From the NCBI RefSeq assembly GCF_009914755.1, contig NC_060929.1: DNA of 64,000 nt. The stretch is one strand, 5' to 3'. How positions within the stretch are numbered: position 1 is the stretch's first letter; every line of letters begins with the position of its first letter. Below the pieces are notes generated by a model. It did not search any database and was not told where the DNA came from. It worked only from the letters and a program-made list of their open reading frames with translations. The position numbers and the translations under genes were made by a program. Positions 17,689 to 39,408 of this stretch are shown one piece after another. The DNA comes from the human T2T-CHM13v2.0 reference genome, Homo sapiens.

Positions 17689-18088
17689 CTGGATATTTTT
17701 TGAAGGTACAGATGATGAAACGTGTTGACAGATTTTTGTTGTGGGGTGTGAAAAAAAAAAACAGATGAGTCAACAATGAAACAAGATTTTGGGTACAGTA
17801 AATGAAAGAAGACAGTTGCCAATAACCTAGACATATAGAATATGGAAATAGCTGATACTAGAGAGAAAACCAAGAAATCAGTGGACATACTAAGTTTCAG
17901 ATGTTTTATTTGTATACACAAATTGAGATGTTCAGTATAGAGTTAACTGTAAGAGTCTGTATGAGTGAGAACAAACATGCATACTCCATATCTCATCTTG
18001 GCAGGTGCACTGCCAAACTACCCTATGTTGTTGTGTGAACAGAAACCTGAACAAAAGTCTAGGCAATTTGTTTCTAAAAACATTCCAT

Positions 18089-18503
18089 AGATTAAGAAAA
18101 TGTGGCACATACACACCACAGAATACTATGCAGCCATAAAAAACGATGAGTTCATGTCCTTTGTAGGGACATGGATGAAGCTGGAAACCATCATTCTCAG
18201 CAAACTGTCGCAAGGACAAAAAACCAAACACCACATGTTCTCACTCATAGGTGGGAACTGAACAATGAGAACACATGGTCACAGGAAGGGGAACATCACA
18301 CACCGGGGCCTGTTGTGGGGTGGGGGGAGGGGGGAGGGATAGCATTAGGAGATGTACCTAACGTTAAACGACGAGTTAATGGGTGCAGCACAGCAACATG
18401 GCACATGTATACATATGTAACTAACCTGCACGTTGTACACACGTACCCTAAAACTTAAAGTATAATAAAAAATTAAAATTAAAATTAAAATTAAAAAAAA
18501 AAA
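18089..18503 (+). mobile_element. Short 5'-truncated L1PA (PA4/5-like) 3' end
   Basis: Canonical 3'UTR, G-tract and A-tail; probable TSD aaaaa(c)attccat on both sides. Confidence 0.9.
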
Positions 18504-19770
18504 ATTCCATGGACACGGATAAGGGAAAATCAGTATTGATAAAATGGCCATACTACCCAAAGCAATTTACAGACTTAATGCTATTCCTATGAAACTGCTA
18601 ATGACATTATTGACAGAACTAGAAAAAACTATTTTAAAATTCATATGGAACCAAAAAAGAGCCAGAATCGCTAAAGCAATCCTAAGCAAAAAGAACAAAA
18701 CTGGAGGCATCATGTGACCTGACTTCAAACTATACTACAGAGCTACAGTAACCAAAACAGCATGGTACTGCTACACAAACAAACACATAGATCAATGGAA
18801 CAAAATAGAGGACCCTGAAATAAGGTCGCACACCTACAACCATCTGATTTTTGACAAATCTGACAAAAACAAGCAATGGGGAAGGGACTCTATATTCAAT
18901 AAATGTTACTGGGATAACTGGCTGGATGTATGCAGAAGATTAAAACTGGACTCCTTCCTTACACCATATACAAAATCAACTCAAGTTGGATTGAAGACTT
19001 AAACATAAAGCCCAAAACTATAAAAACCCTGGAAGACAACCTAGGTAATGCCGTTCTGTACATAAGAACTAGCAAAGATTTCATTACAAAGAAGCTGAAG
19101 GCAATTGTAACAAAAATAAAAATTGACAAATGGTACTTAGTTAAACTAAAGACCTTCTGCACAGCAAAATAAACTATCAAAAGAGGAAACAAACAACCTG
19201 AAAAATGGGAGAAAAAATTTGAAAGCTATGCATCTGACAAAGGTCTAATATCAAGAATTTATAAGAAACTTAAATCAATGAGCAAAAACCAAACAACCCT
19301 ATTAAAAAATGGGCAAAGGACATGGACAGACACTTTTCAAGAGGAGACATACATGTGGCCAACAAGCATATAAAAAAAAAGTTCAACATCACTATTCATT
19401 AGAGAAATGCAAACCAAGACCACAATGAGATACCATCTCATGCAGTCAGAATGGCTATTATTAAAAAGTCAAAAAAACAAACAAACAGATGATGGTGAGG
19501 TTGTAGAAAAAAAAGAGAATGCTCAAACACTGCTGGTGGGAATATAAACTAGTCAGCTACTGTGGAAAACAGTTTGGAGATTTCTTAAAGAACTTAAAAC
19601 GGAAGTACCATTCAGCCCAACAATCCCATTAATCAGTATATATCCAAAGGAATATAAATTATTCTACTATGAAAACATATGCACATATACATTCATCACA
19701 GCACTATGTACAATAGCAAAGCCATGGAATTGACCTAAATGCCCATCATCTAGTTGCAGCAACATGGATA
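18504..19770 (+). mobile_element. Old L1 (L1PB/late L1PA) ORF2 3' half
   Basis: Peptide ..[28 protein letters not shown]. Confidence 0.85.
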
Positions 19771-19846
19771 GTGGTGAGAGTAAGAAACAAAGGGCATTCA
19801 AATAGGAAGAGAGAAGTCAAAGTATCACTGTTTGCCAATGATATAA

Positions 19847-20132
19847 TTTTTTTCAGATGGAGTCTCACTCTATTGCCCAGACTGGAGTGCAGTGATGCAA
19901 TCTCGGCTCACTGCAACCTCTGCCTCCCGGTTCAGGTGATTCTCCTGCCTCAGCCCCCTGAGTAACTGGCACTACAGGCACATGCCACTACACCTGGCTA
20001 GTTTTTGTATTTTTAGTAGACACGGGGTTTTGCCATGTTGGACAGGCTGGTCTTGAACTCCTGACCTCAGGTGATCCACCTGCCTCAGGCTCCCAAAATG
20101 TTGAGATTACAGGCATGACCCGCCATGCCCGG
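19847..20132 (-). mobile_element. Alu (AluSx-like) with very short tail, inside L1 at the FADDM codons
   Basis: gatggagtctcactc...ctcctgacctcaggtgatccacc; degenerate TSD atga(t/c)at(a/g)a. Confidence 0.92.
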
Positions 20133-21858
20133 ATGATGACATGAGTCTATATGTAGAAAACCCCAGAGTCTTGGCCCAAAAGCTTCTTCAGCTGATCAAC
20201 AACTTCAGCGAAGTCTCAGTGTACAAAATCAATGTGCAAAAATCACTAGCATTTGTATACACCAACAACAGCCAAGCCAAGACCCAAATCAGGAATACAA
20301 TTCCATTCACTGTTGCCACAAAAAGAATAAAACAGCTAGGAATAGAGCTATCCCAGGAAGAGAAATATGTTTACAATCAGAATTACAAAACACTGCTCAA
20401 AGAAATCAGAGATAACACAAACAGAAAATCATTTCATGTTCTTGGATAGGAAGAATCAATATCATTAAAATGACCATACTGCCCAAAGCAATTTACAGAT
20501 TCAATGCTATTTATATCACACTACCAATGACATTCTTCACAGAACTAAAATAAACTATTGTAAAATTCATATGGAACCAAAAAAGAGCTTGAACAGCCAA
20601 TGCAATCCTAAGCAAAAAGAACAAAGCTAGAGGCATCATGCTACCCAACTTCAAACAATACTACAGGGCTACAGTAACCAAAACAGCATGATACTTGTAC
20701 AAAAATAGAAACATAGGCCAATGCAACACAATAAAGAGCTCACAAATAAGGCTGCACACCAACAACCATCTGATCTTCGACAAAGCTGACAGAAACAAGC
20801 AAGGGGAAAAGGACTTCCTATTCAATAAATGTTGCTGGGATAATTGGCTAGCCATATGCAGAAGATTGAAACTGGACCCCTTTCTTACATCATATACAAA
20901 AGTCAACCCAAGATGGATTAGAGACTTAAATATAAAAGCCAAAACTATAAAAACCCTGGAAGACAACCTAGGCAATACCATTCTGGACATAGGAACAGGC
21001 AAAGATTTCATGCCGAGGACACCAAAAGCAAAAATTGATAAATGGGATCTAATTAAACTAAAAAGCATCTGCATTGCAAAATAAACTATCAACAGAGGAA
21101 ACATACAACATACAGAATGGGAGGAAATATTTGCAAACTATATATCTGACAAAGGTTTAGTATCTAGCATCTATAAGGAACTTAAATTTACAGATAAAAA
21201 CAGTCTCTTTAAAAAGTGGGCATAGGACATGAATAGACACTTTTCAAAAGAAGACATACATACAAGAAAAGCTCAATACCACTAATCATTAGAGACATGC
21301 AAATCAAAATCACAATGAGATACCATCTCACACTACTCAGAATCGCTATTATTAAAAAGTAAATATATATATATAAAGTAAATATATGTATATATTATAT
21401 ATCTATATATAAAACAAATCCTGGCGAGGTTGTGAAGGAAAAGGAATGCTTATACACTGCTTGTGGCTAGTTCAACCATTGTGGAAAGCAACGTGATGAT
21501 TCTTCAAAAAGCTAAAAACAGAGGTATCATTTGAGCCAGTAATCCCTTTACTGGGCATATACCCAAAAGAATATAAATCATTCTACCATAAAGACATATG
21601 CACACGTATGTTCATTGAAACACTATTCACAATAGCAAACAAATGGAATCAACCTAAACGCCTATCAATGGCAGACTGGAAAATGAAACTGGTACATATG
21701 TACCATAGAATACTATGCAGTTACAAAAAAGAATGAGATCATGCCCTTTGTGAGGACATGGAAGGAGTTGGAGGCCATTATCCTTAGCAAACTAATTCAG
21801 GAATAGAAAACCAGATATCACATGTTCTCACTTATAAGTAGGAGCTAAATGATAAGAA

Positions 21859-22204
21859 CACATGGACACAAAGAGGGGAATAACAGATGGGCCTACCTGA
21901 AGATGAAGGGTGGGAGGAGGGAAAGGATCAGAAAAAATAACTATTAGGTAGTAGGTGACAAAATAATCTGTGCAACGAATGCCTGTGACACAAGTTTACT
22001 ATATAACAAACCTGCACATGTACCCTTGAACCACATGGACACAAAAAGGGGAACCACAGATGGGCCTACCTGAAAGTGGAGGGTGGGAGGAGGGAAAGGA
22101 TCAGAAAAAATAACTATTAGGTACTAGGTGACAAAATAATCTGTGCAACGAACACCTGTGACACAAGTTTAGTATATAATAAACCTGCACATGTACCCCT
22201 AGAC
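21859..22204 (+). repeat. Two-unit 173-bp tandem duplication
   Basis: cacatggacacaaa at 21859 and 22032; units colinear with about 14 mismatches. Confidence 0.95.
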
Positions 22205-22545
22205 CTGAAATTAAAGTTAAAAAAGAAGTTGGAAGGAAAATAAAAACAGCAGAAAATTTAAATGGTTGATTTTTTTAGAGTACAGAGAATATGTGGGGAT
22301 GCAGGGGGAGTGGCTATTAAATGTCTGGTACCGTTAAAAAATTATAAAAATAAAAATTTATTTAAAAAGAGAAAATATTCCAGTAGAAAGGATGAATAAT
22401 TATAGTATTTTCTCATGATGCAAATTTGGCTTCTATTCATTTATTTAATAAAAAGGTATTTATTGTATAGTTTGGCAGTTTGTAGAACTATATATTAAAA
22501 GGAACCCCAAAGGGTGAGAAACCAAATTAACAAACCTAACATGAA

Positions 22546-22955
22546 TGATATATCCTGAATATATGTCCCCACCAAATCTGACGTTGAATTGTAATCCCCA
22601 GAATTAGAGGTGGGGCCTGTTGGGAGTTGTTTGGATCGGGGGGAAGAACTCTCATGAATGGCTTAGCACCATCCCCTTGGTGATGAGTGAGTTCATGCAA
22701 GATCTGGTCATTCAAAAGTGTGTGACACCTACCATTCTCTCTCTCTTTTGCTTCTGTTCTGGCCCTGTGATAAGCCTGCTCCCGGTTCACCTTATGATAT
22801 GAGTAAAAGCTCCCAGAGGCCTCCTTAGAAGCTGAGCAGATGCCAGTGCCATGCTTGTATGGCCTGCAGAAGCATGAGCCAATTAAACCTCCTTTGTTTA
22901 TAAATTACCCAGTCTCAGTTATCCCTTTATAGCAATGCAAGGATGGCCTACTGCA
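22546..22955 (+). mobile_element. Solo MaLR LTR (MSTB-like)
   Basis: TG...CA termini; perfect 5-bp TSD ATGAA at 22541-22545 and 22956-22960; gagccaattaaacctc motif. Confidence 0.9.
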
Positions 22956-24074
22956 ATGAAGGCCATTCTTCCATTGCTATATGTATACCTTATTAGAATA
23001 AGAAGCTATAGATAAGATAACTAGCCAGAAGACAGAAGCAGATAAGCCCACGTACTCATAGAGGAGGGAGGAAGTCTGGTTTCACAGTGAGTGATGGTAT
23101 AAAGCCCACCTTCATCCATTCCAAGGCAGAAGACTGCCATGGTGTCTGGCAGAGAAGGGCCCATGAAACACCTGGAAAAAACCTGATGAGGGACATGTTC
23201 TTAGTTTGGGACTGAGTGTAGGGTGTTCTATCCAACTTTGCCTGGGCTCAAGGAGCAGCAGCTTTCTCAACAAAAGGAGATGTGTTTACCAACACATACT
23301 CTTCAGCAAGATTAACTGTTCTGCAGGGAATGCATAGCACTGATGATCACATTCCTCATTCTTCCAGGAAATAGGGCTAAAAGTATATGTGTGTAGGACT
23401 GTGAGGTGAAGCTGAAATTCAAGCACTGACCCCAGAAAAAGAAACTTCAGTGGATTAGCAGGGTTCCCTCCATACTGTCATTGTTTCTTTCCCGGGATGA
23501 TGATCTAGAACCAAGGTTGGAGTCCTGAAGCATTTTCAACCACTGGCTTCTGCTCCTTTTCTCTCCATTCAATCTCCATTCTCATACCAAGGAGACAAGA
23601 AAGTCATTCAGTATGGATAAACATCTCCTCTAGAATACATTTCTGGGTTGTTAAGAGAAGTTATGAAGCTTTAAGTGACTTTGAAAAAATGCAAAATATT
23701 ATACAGATCTTAGTTAATTTTTCCACTTCACAGCTTAATAGAAGGTTTTTCCTTCTCTTTTAAATTGGTCATGGAGTCAGTCTGTAAAAAGTTCACTGAT
23801 CATTTTATAGAGAAATAGGAGAGCAAACTGGTTAATGACTCGCTCACGGTCTTACACAGAGATAAGGGTAGAATCGAAGTCTCTTGATTTCTGAACCACT
23901 TTTTTGTGCCCTACTCAATATTTGGCTGCCAATATTATAATTGCTAATATCTCCATAACACTGGAGCATCAGCTTATACCTGTACAAGAAGCTTCAGTGG
24001 TCTTCTGCCTCCAGGCAAATTGCTATCAAATCTTCTTAAGATCTTAAAATCTTTATAGAGGCTCTGAAAGAAAG

Positions 24075-24235
24075 GTAACCTGATATAATGGAATGGCCAC
24101 AAATTTCAGTCAGGCAGCTATTTAGAATCCAAGCTGTCACTCACTAACTCTGTGTCTCAGAGCAAATAACTAAGCTTCTGGGATCCTCAGTTTTTTATTT
24201 ATAAAATGAGGATAGTAATACACCAAAGACTTGGA
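24075..24235 (+). mobile_element. MIR, split by L1 (continues about 26585-26625)
   Basis: ctgtcactcactaactctgtg...cctcagttttttatttataaaatgaggatagtaata. Confidence 0.6.
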
Positions 24236-24244
24236 TTTCTTAAA

Positions 24245-26578
<2,334 letters not shown>

Positions 26579-26841
26579 AGCCTTGTTTTGATAATTAATT
26601 ATGATGCTGTATATAGAGTGTAAGAGGTAGAGAATAAATAACTGCTGATTAATAATGATTATTATTATTATCAAAAGAAAGTTGCAAAATGAAGTGGCAC
26701 TTAAGTTGATAAAGAGGTAAGATGAAGTTATGAACTGAAAGGTTAAAAAACAAACAAAACCCTGGATACAAATAGATATGTATATTTGATAGTGAATGGG
26801 TAACTGGAGGCTACTTTGGCTAAAATAGTTGGCAAAACCAA

Positions 26842-26897
26842 GTTTTGCCATTGAAAGTAATAGCAAAAACCGCAATTACTTTTGCACCAAACTAATA
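26842..26897. mobile_element. Partial MADE1 (Hsmar1-derived MITE)
   Basis: gcaaaaaccgcaattacttttgcaccaaactaata matches the Hsmar1/MADE1 TIR; central ttgccattgaaagtaatagcaa. Confidence 0.8.
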
Positions 26898-29304
26898 CAA
26901 CCTTGAATCTTTTTTCATGTCTTATTTTGATGTGGTATTTTTAGTAGATAGTACCAAAAATTTTGAAAATTTGTCTTCAATAAGTTAGAAAATGATAAAG
27001 AGTAGAAGGAGGAGAAAGATCAAGTTAGGGAAAGGAGGTGTAGATTGTACTCAGTATATGGAGATATATGAGCCCCTCAGAACAACTTGTACATAAGACT
27101 TTTGAAATTTAAAATGAAATACAGAAATACTGTCATGACAGTGTCCATAGCATTACCTTTTTGTCTTCTCGTCCTCGTAGAAAATATGTCTGCAAATCAG
27201 TGCCCTTGTGTAAAGGAGGATCTTAGGGAGATCATTGGAAGATCCCAGATAATACCCTGGCCAGGTACACTCACTCCCGGAGTCCAACACTCTCATCCCT
27301 ATTCCACCTATGGGAAAGCTGAAGCAAAGAATGACTTCCCACCACCATATGGTCCGAATGTGGAGTAACCAAAGAATAAGTCTTCAGATCCATCATGGTC
27401 CATGCTCCACATGCAACATTTGACCACAGTAAACTTTCAAAAGCTCGTGAATACTATTTCCAAATGAACAAAGACACTTTTGGTAAAGGGGCCACTCAGG
27501 CAGTGGTTTTCTTCTAACTCCTTTTTGAAGTTTCCTTTCCATCCAATTCATGCTCCTTCCAGTAAAAGACAAATCTAGGGTTTGCCTTGAATGGCTACAA
27601 TCTCCATCAAGTATGTGATACTGTTTTCCTCCACTGCAGCACAGTTGGCCTTGCTAATGAGACCCTAGAGGGAGAGTTCATGGTTACCGGTGCCTCTCTC
27701 ACCCTGGTTGTTTATTACAACCCGACTTTAAAGCTTCAGAGAGTTTATTACCATATGTTCCATTTCCCTTTTTAGCACTGTTTGGGCTCTGTGTACAGAG
27801 AAAAAGTACTTCCTACAGTCAGGCTGTGGCAATTTTTAGATGACGACAAGCTATGAAAAGAACTCTGAGCTTTTTTAAAGACACTGTCTAGAGGAGATCA
27901 TTCTCATTTACATGAATAGCTATGTTCCAGTACACACAGATATATACATGTTAAAAGGTCTGTCAGCTAGACTGGGCAGACTCACACTGTCAGCCTCAAT
28001 AATATTAAGGCAACCTGCCTGGGTTTTGGTTGAAGGAACCTCTCAGATGGTCATAATGTTTTCTTGCAGCTGGAGAAAAGAAATAGATGCTGCAAATTAA
28101 CTTCTTGTTTGTTTTTCCTGGAGATAATTTTACAGTAGAACTGACATTAGCAAAGAATTTCTCCTGCAAATCCTATTCTCTGATGTGAAAGAAAGGTTTG
28201 TAGAACCAAAATCCTTCAAATGTTATCCCTTAAAGCACCAATAATTTTATTTATAGCCTGTTTTATGAAATGTTTCACAAGAGTGACTCGTGTTTATATT
28301 TCAATATGCTGACCACCTCCACATGCCATGTAACATGATCAAACTTACTATAAAAGGCTTACATAGAAATATTTATACCACAGGCAGAAAAAGACTACAG
28401 AAGCTTATAAAAATTAACTTGCCAGTGTAGAAATAAAATTAAATAACAGCTTACATATAGTTATTCTAAAACTCATAATAATGCTTTTTTCCAGTTTGTA
28501 GTCATGAGTCTCAAAGGAAAATCCCAAAGTTTCCCCAGTTTCCTTAGCAACAGAATCAGGTATAAATTGTGCTCCTATATTTCCAAACATCTGTATCTAA
28601 GCAACACATTAAAATGTGCTTCCAACTGATGTATGTACAGTCTGTAGGTGAGCTTGACTTTACAGAAAGAAGTTAAAAGTAAGGAAATCAAGAGGCATAA
28701 AAAGGAAAAGCAAAATAAAATCATGAGGAAAAGCATTACAGTTTCCCAGCTTGTTTGTTACTCTTATTTTCTGTTCAATTAAAAAAATGATGGGCAGGCT
28801 ACTATTGTTTAATAAATTACTAATTTTTAGGGGAATTTATAGATCTGGGTTAAGTGACATACTTTACTAGACTATTCCATGGCTAGCTCTTCTATTCTGA
28901 AAGGAAATTCAAGAAAGTTTTCCTGGTAGTCATCCGAAGGCTATTCTTGGCAAGTAAAAGATAATTATAAAGGCCCAAAGCACTGATTGTGAGTAAGAAA
29001 GACTGTGAAATAGTGAACTCATTAGGCAGGTCTATAAGAGTAATGTGTTAACTGTTCTAAAAGAAACTCTTGTATTCTGATCTCAGATCTACTTACACTC
29101 TCAGCCCAATCTTTCTTCAACAAATCCAGGAGCTTAAGGCATTGATGGGAAATTCTGCCTAGAAATTCATATGCACTGCAGATTAAGCACTTCCAGGCCA
29201 TGGCTAGACCCCAAACTTGAGGGCACGTACCAGCTCTGTGCCCTTAGACAATGTTTTTATATTCTCTAAGACTTAGCTGCCTTATCTTTAAAACAGGAAT
29301 AATA

Positions 29305-29485
29305 GGGAGGAGGAAGAATAGGTAGTAATTGTTTAATAGGCATAGAATTTCATTTGGGAAGATAAAGAAAAAATATGGAAATAGAAGATCATCCTACAGT
29401 GTTAATGTACATAAGAATGCCACTTAAAATGAATAAAATTGCATATATTATGTTATGTATATTTTATGACAGTTTTTTAGAAAAA
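29305..29485 (+). mobile_element. L1MB-type 3' end nested in a MIR (about 29200-29600)
   Basis: ttgtttaataggcatagaatttca...cacttaaaatg...tatgttatgtatatttta. Confidence 0.6.
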
Positions 29486-30649
29486 ACACAAGAATAAGGA
29501 TATTATCACATAGGATTGTTTTGAGAATTACATGGAAGAATGAACAATTTGCATGGTGCCTGGCACACAGTATGTCCTTAATAAGTGGTCATTATTACTG
29601 TTATAATCTACATTAGCATTAATAAAAATGGACTCTTGGGCCCCTACAAGAGTCACAACAATTATCAGTACCTACCATTTGCAATTTCACCACTTTCTCC
29701 TTTCCACTGCACCAGTCACCTTCACGCCTTGTTCCTAGTCCATCTTTTCACTATGTCCCTATTCTAAGTGTGTACTCTCTCAGACCTTCTAATATCAGGC
29801 ACAGTCATCATAGAAGTCCAAAAGATGTGTAGGACTGTCAAGCCCTTTTACTAAAATTGCATATAAAAGCAATCCTAAAAGGAATTTTAAATTCAGCTGC
29901 CAGTTAAAAACAAATCTTTACTGTGACTCTAAAGCTCTAATAGTTGCAAGGCCAGCCATAGGTAAAACAGCAAAATGAAATTTGATTTCGGTTTCCTCCT
30001 GTCCTTGCTCAGATGAGAATAGTGCCAAGGAGCACTTCAGGGTTTAGAGTGATTGTCACAGGTGTCGATTCATTCATTTCATCCTCCTAAGGTGATAGCC
30101 CAGGAATAGTCACTCCAAGACTGTTATTTCTGACCCTATAACTTGATGGTATCCTGTGGCCTTTTTACACCCTTTCTGCCTAGTAGGATCCATCCTCTAA
30201 GTCCTCTGCCTTTCTCCAAACACTTACAAATATAAATTGTTAGAGCCAGAAAGAATATTGGAATTTTTTTCAGTCCATGCCCTCATTTTACAAATAAAAA
30301 CTTGAAGCCCAACATGGTTAAGAAAATGTTTGCCTGGTCACTGTCTTTGGCCACAGCCCCTCTATTTACAACTTATTATTCAACTTCTCAGTTCACCAGT
30401 TACCCCTATTTTCTCACTATCCATTAGCCTTCTGTTATCTTCAAGTCCTCTTCTTTTAGGGTTAGATTTCAGGACCAACATACTAGCCAATATTTCCAGT
30501 GTTCTAAACTCCCATGCCTTATATACTGCAGGGAAAACTTCAAACTTGAATGAGTCCAACCATCTGATGTCCCTAAACCTCATCCAGACGACTGGAATAA
30601 AGCCATTTAAGAATAAAATAGTGATCTCACTCAAGGTTTGGGGTCTCTC

Positions 30650-31535
30650 ATCTCACTAGACCTTTAACACTGCCCAGAAATCTTGCTCTTCCTCTGATCA
30701 GCTCAATCTCCCTTCTTCAATTCTTGTCTCAGTCTTCGTATGTCCTCCATAAACCTTCACCCCTCTCACATTGCCAGCAAATGTCCTTGCCTCCTACTTT
30801 TCAGAGAAGATAAAAGCCATCAGACAAAAAAACCCACTCATTTGCATACTCTAAAATTCATGCAACAAGCAAGTATCTGCATCCATGCTGTCTTCCATTC
30901 CTCTGCAGCACTAGAAGGGCCATCTCTCCTATCCAAGCCTGCCTTCCACACATCTGCCCTAGATCCCAACATCTCCAGTCTTCTTAGAGAACTTGCACTG
31001 TCAATTATTCCCTCTCTTCTGTAACTGCATTTTTGCCTCACAACTTATTATTTCTAATTTGCATTTATTTATGTTCAAATGTCTCCCACCTTTAAAAATG
31101 AATTTCTCCCTCTATCCATGCCTCCCTTCAATTCTTAGTCTGTTTCCTCTCACAGTCCAAATTCTCAAAGGAGTTAGCTGCACTCGTTCTCTCATTTCTT
31201 ACTGCTCACTCAGCTTTGCAGCCCAGTCCTATTTCATGTCTGCCCTTATTACTCTTCCAAAATTGTTCTCTCAGGCCAACAGCCAAAGCCTTACAGGGCT
31301 TTATATTCATTCTTCAGTTCCATCTTGCTTGATCTCTCCAGAGCATTTGACACTGTTGACCCCTACTTCCTTCTTAAAATACTCCTCCCTTGATTTCCTT
31401 ATCACTACTCTGTCTTGTTTTGTCTGCAACTTCACTGGTCACTGGTCCCCAGTTTTCTTGGCTAGCTGCCCCACTTTACCCATACAGTAAGTGTTAGAGT
31501 GCCTCTGGGCTTTGTCCTGGACTGTTTTCCTTGAG
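30650..31535 (+). mobile_element. L2 relic
   Basis: gcatttgacactgttgacc..cttccttcttaaaatactc...ttcactggtcact motifs. Confidence 0.65.
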
Positions 31536-31538
31536 CTG

Positions 31539-32033
31539 AAATCATGCTGCTGTAAAGACACATGCACACGTATGTTTATTGCAGCACTATTCCCAATAGC
31601 AAAGACTTGGAACCAACACAAATGTCCAACAATGATAGACTGGATTAAGAAAATGTGGCACATATACACCATGGAATACTATGCAGCCATAAAAAATGAT
31701 GAGTTCATGTCCTTTGTTGGAACATGGATGAAGCTGGAAACCATCATTCTCAGCAAACTATTGCAAGGACAAAAAACCAAACACCGCATGTTCTCACTCA
31801 TAGGTGGGAATTGAACAATGAGAACACATGAACATAGGAAGGGGAACATCACACACTAGGGCATGTTGTGGGGTGGGGGGAGGGGGGAGGGATAGCATTA
31901 GGAGATATACCTAATGTTAAATGACAAGTTAATGGGTGCAGCACACCAACATGGTACATGTATATATATGTAACAAACCCGCACGTTGTGCACATGTACC
32001 CTAAAACCCAAACTTAAAGTATAATTAAAAAAA
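31539..32033 (+). mobile_element. Short 5'-truncated L1PA (PA4/5-like)
   Basis: ORF2 C-terminus KDTCTRMFIAALF...MFSLIGGN*, 3'UTR and A-tail; no TSD visible. Confidence 0.93.
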
Positions 32034-32443
32034 GTGCTTCTTGTTTTTTTCCCATTTTTTAAAAAATTTTAATTAATGGTCTTATTATGCCCTCAGTTGT
32101 TCAATCAAAATTTATGGAAGGCATTCTTACTTCTCTCTCTTCTTTAATCCCATGTTAACTCCAAGTCAATCATCTATTCATTGAGACAATTGAGTATCTA
32201 CTATGTTCCAGGCACAATTCCAAACAATCATCTTTAATCTATTCTGTTAACCCATTTTGTTACCTAAATAGTGATTAAATTTACCAGACTCTCTCTTCCA
32301 ACACTCCCTTCATGAATACTCCAGGCCTTAGCTAAACTACTGCCAAAACCACCTAACTGACTGCCTGACATCCACCCTTTTTTAATTCCTCTCTTTAGTA
32401 TTTCTCCTTGCTATGAACAACTTTTCATTATGAAAATATTTAA

Positions 32444-32782
<339 letters not shown>

Positions 32783-32887
32783 TCATTTCACTTCTATTCC
32801 ACAGTTGTTAATATTTTATTATATTTGCTTCATTTTACTCCTTTTATACATCGTTTGTATATATTCACATTTTTATGTGTACTATTT

Positions 32888-39074
<6,187 letters not shown>

Positions 39075-39134
39075 TATTTGTACTATTTTAAAGTAAATTA
39101 TAGATTTATTGTATCTATCTATATCTTTCTAAAC

Positions 39135-39408
39135 TAAGGTGAGTTTTCTCTGGTGCAGTCTTGAAGATAATTCCTTCTTTGGAAAACCTCAGTCTTTGCT
39201 CTTAAGACATTCAACTGATTGGATGATGCTTACCCATATTATGAAGGATAATCTGCCTTACTCAAACTCTACTATTTCAAATGTTAATACACCTGAAAAA
39301 AAAACACAAAACAACAAATAAAAGATCTTCATAGCAACATCTAGATGGTGTTTGACCAAACCATGAGACACCTTAGCCTATCCAGGTCGACACATGAAAT
39401 CATCACAG
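39135..39408 (-). mobile_element. ERVL LTR fragment (MLT2-like)
   Basis: ttcaactgattggatga..cccatattatgaaggataatctgc...gacacatgaaatcatcaca. Confidence 0.7.

Larger units (their letters stand above)
16290..17960 (-). mobile_element. L2 relic interrupted by an MLT1 LTR and an Alu
   Basis: gagatagacaatcaataaac, gtgagatgggaagcccttggagggttttga, gtggaagcaggga, ggatattttttgaaggta motifs. Confidence 0.65.
19775..22228 (+). mobile_element. Old L1 (L1PA13-16/L1PB-like) ORF2 plus 3'UTR, with Alu insert and 173-bp tandem duplication
   Basis: ORF2 peptides ([29 protein letters not shown]); 3'UTR ending aaacctgcacatgtacccc plus A-tail. Confidence 0.85.

Noticed and set aside
18315-18342. G-quadruplex-forming G-tracts (also about 31869-31891)
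   Set aside because: Standard L1PA 3'UTR polypurine tract.
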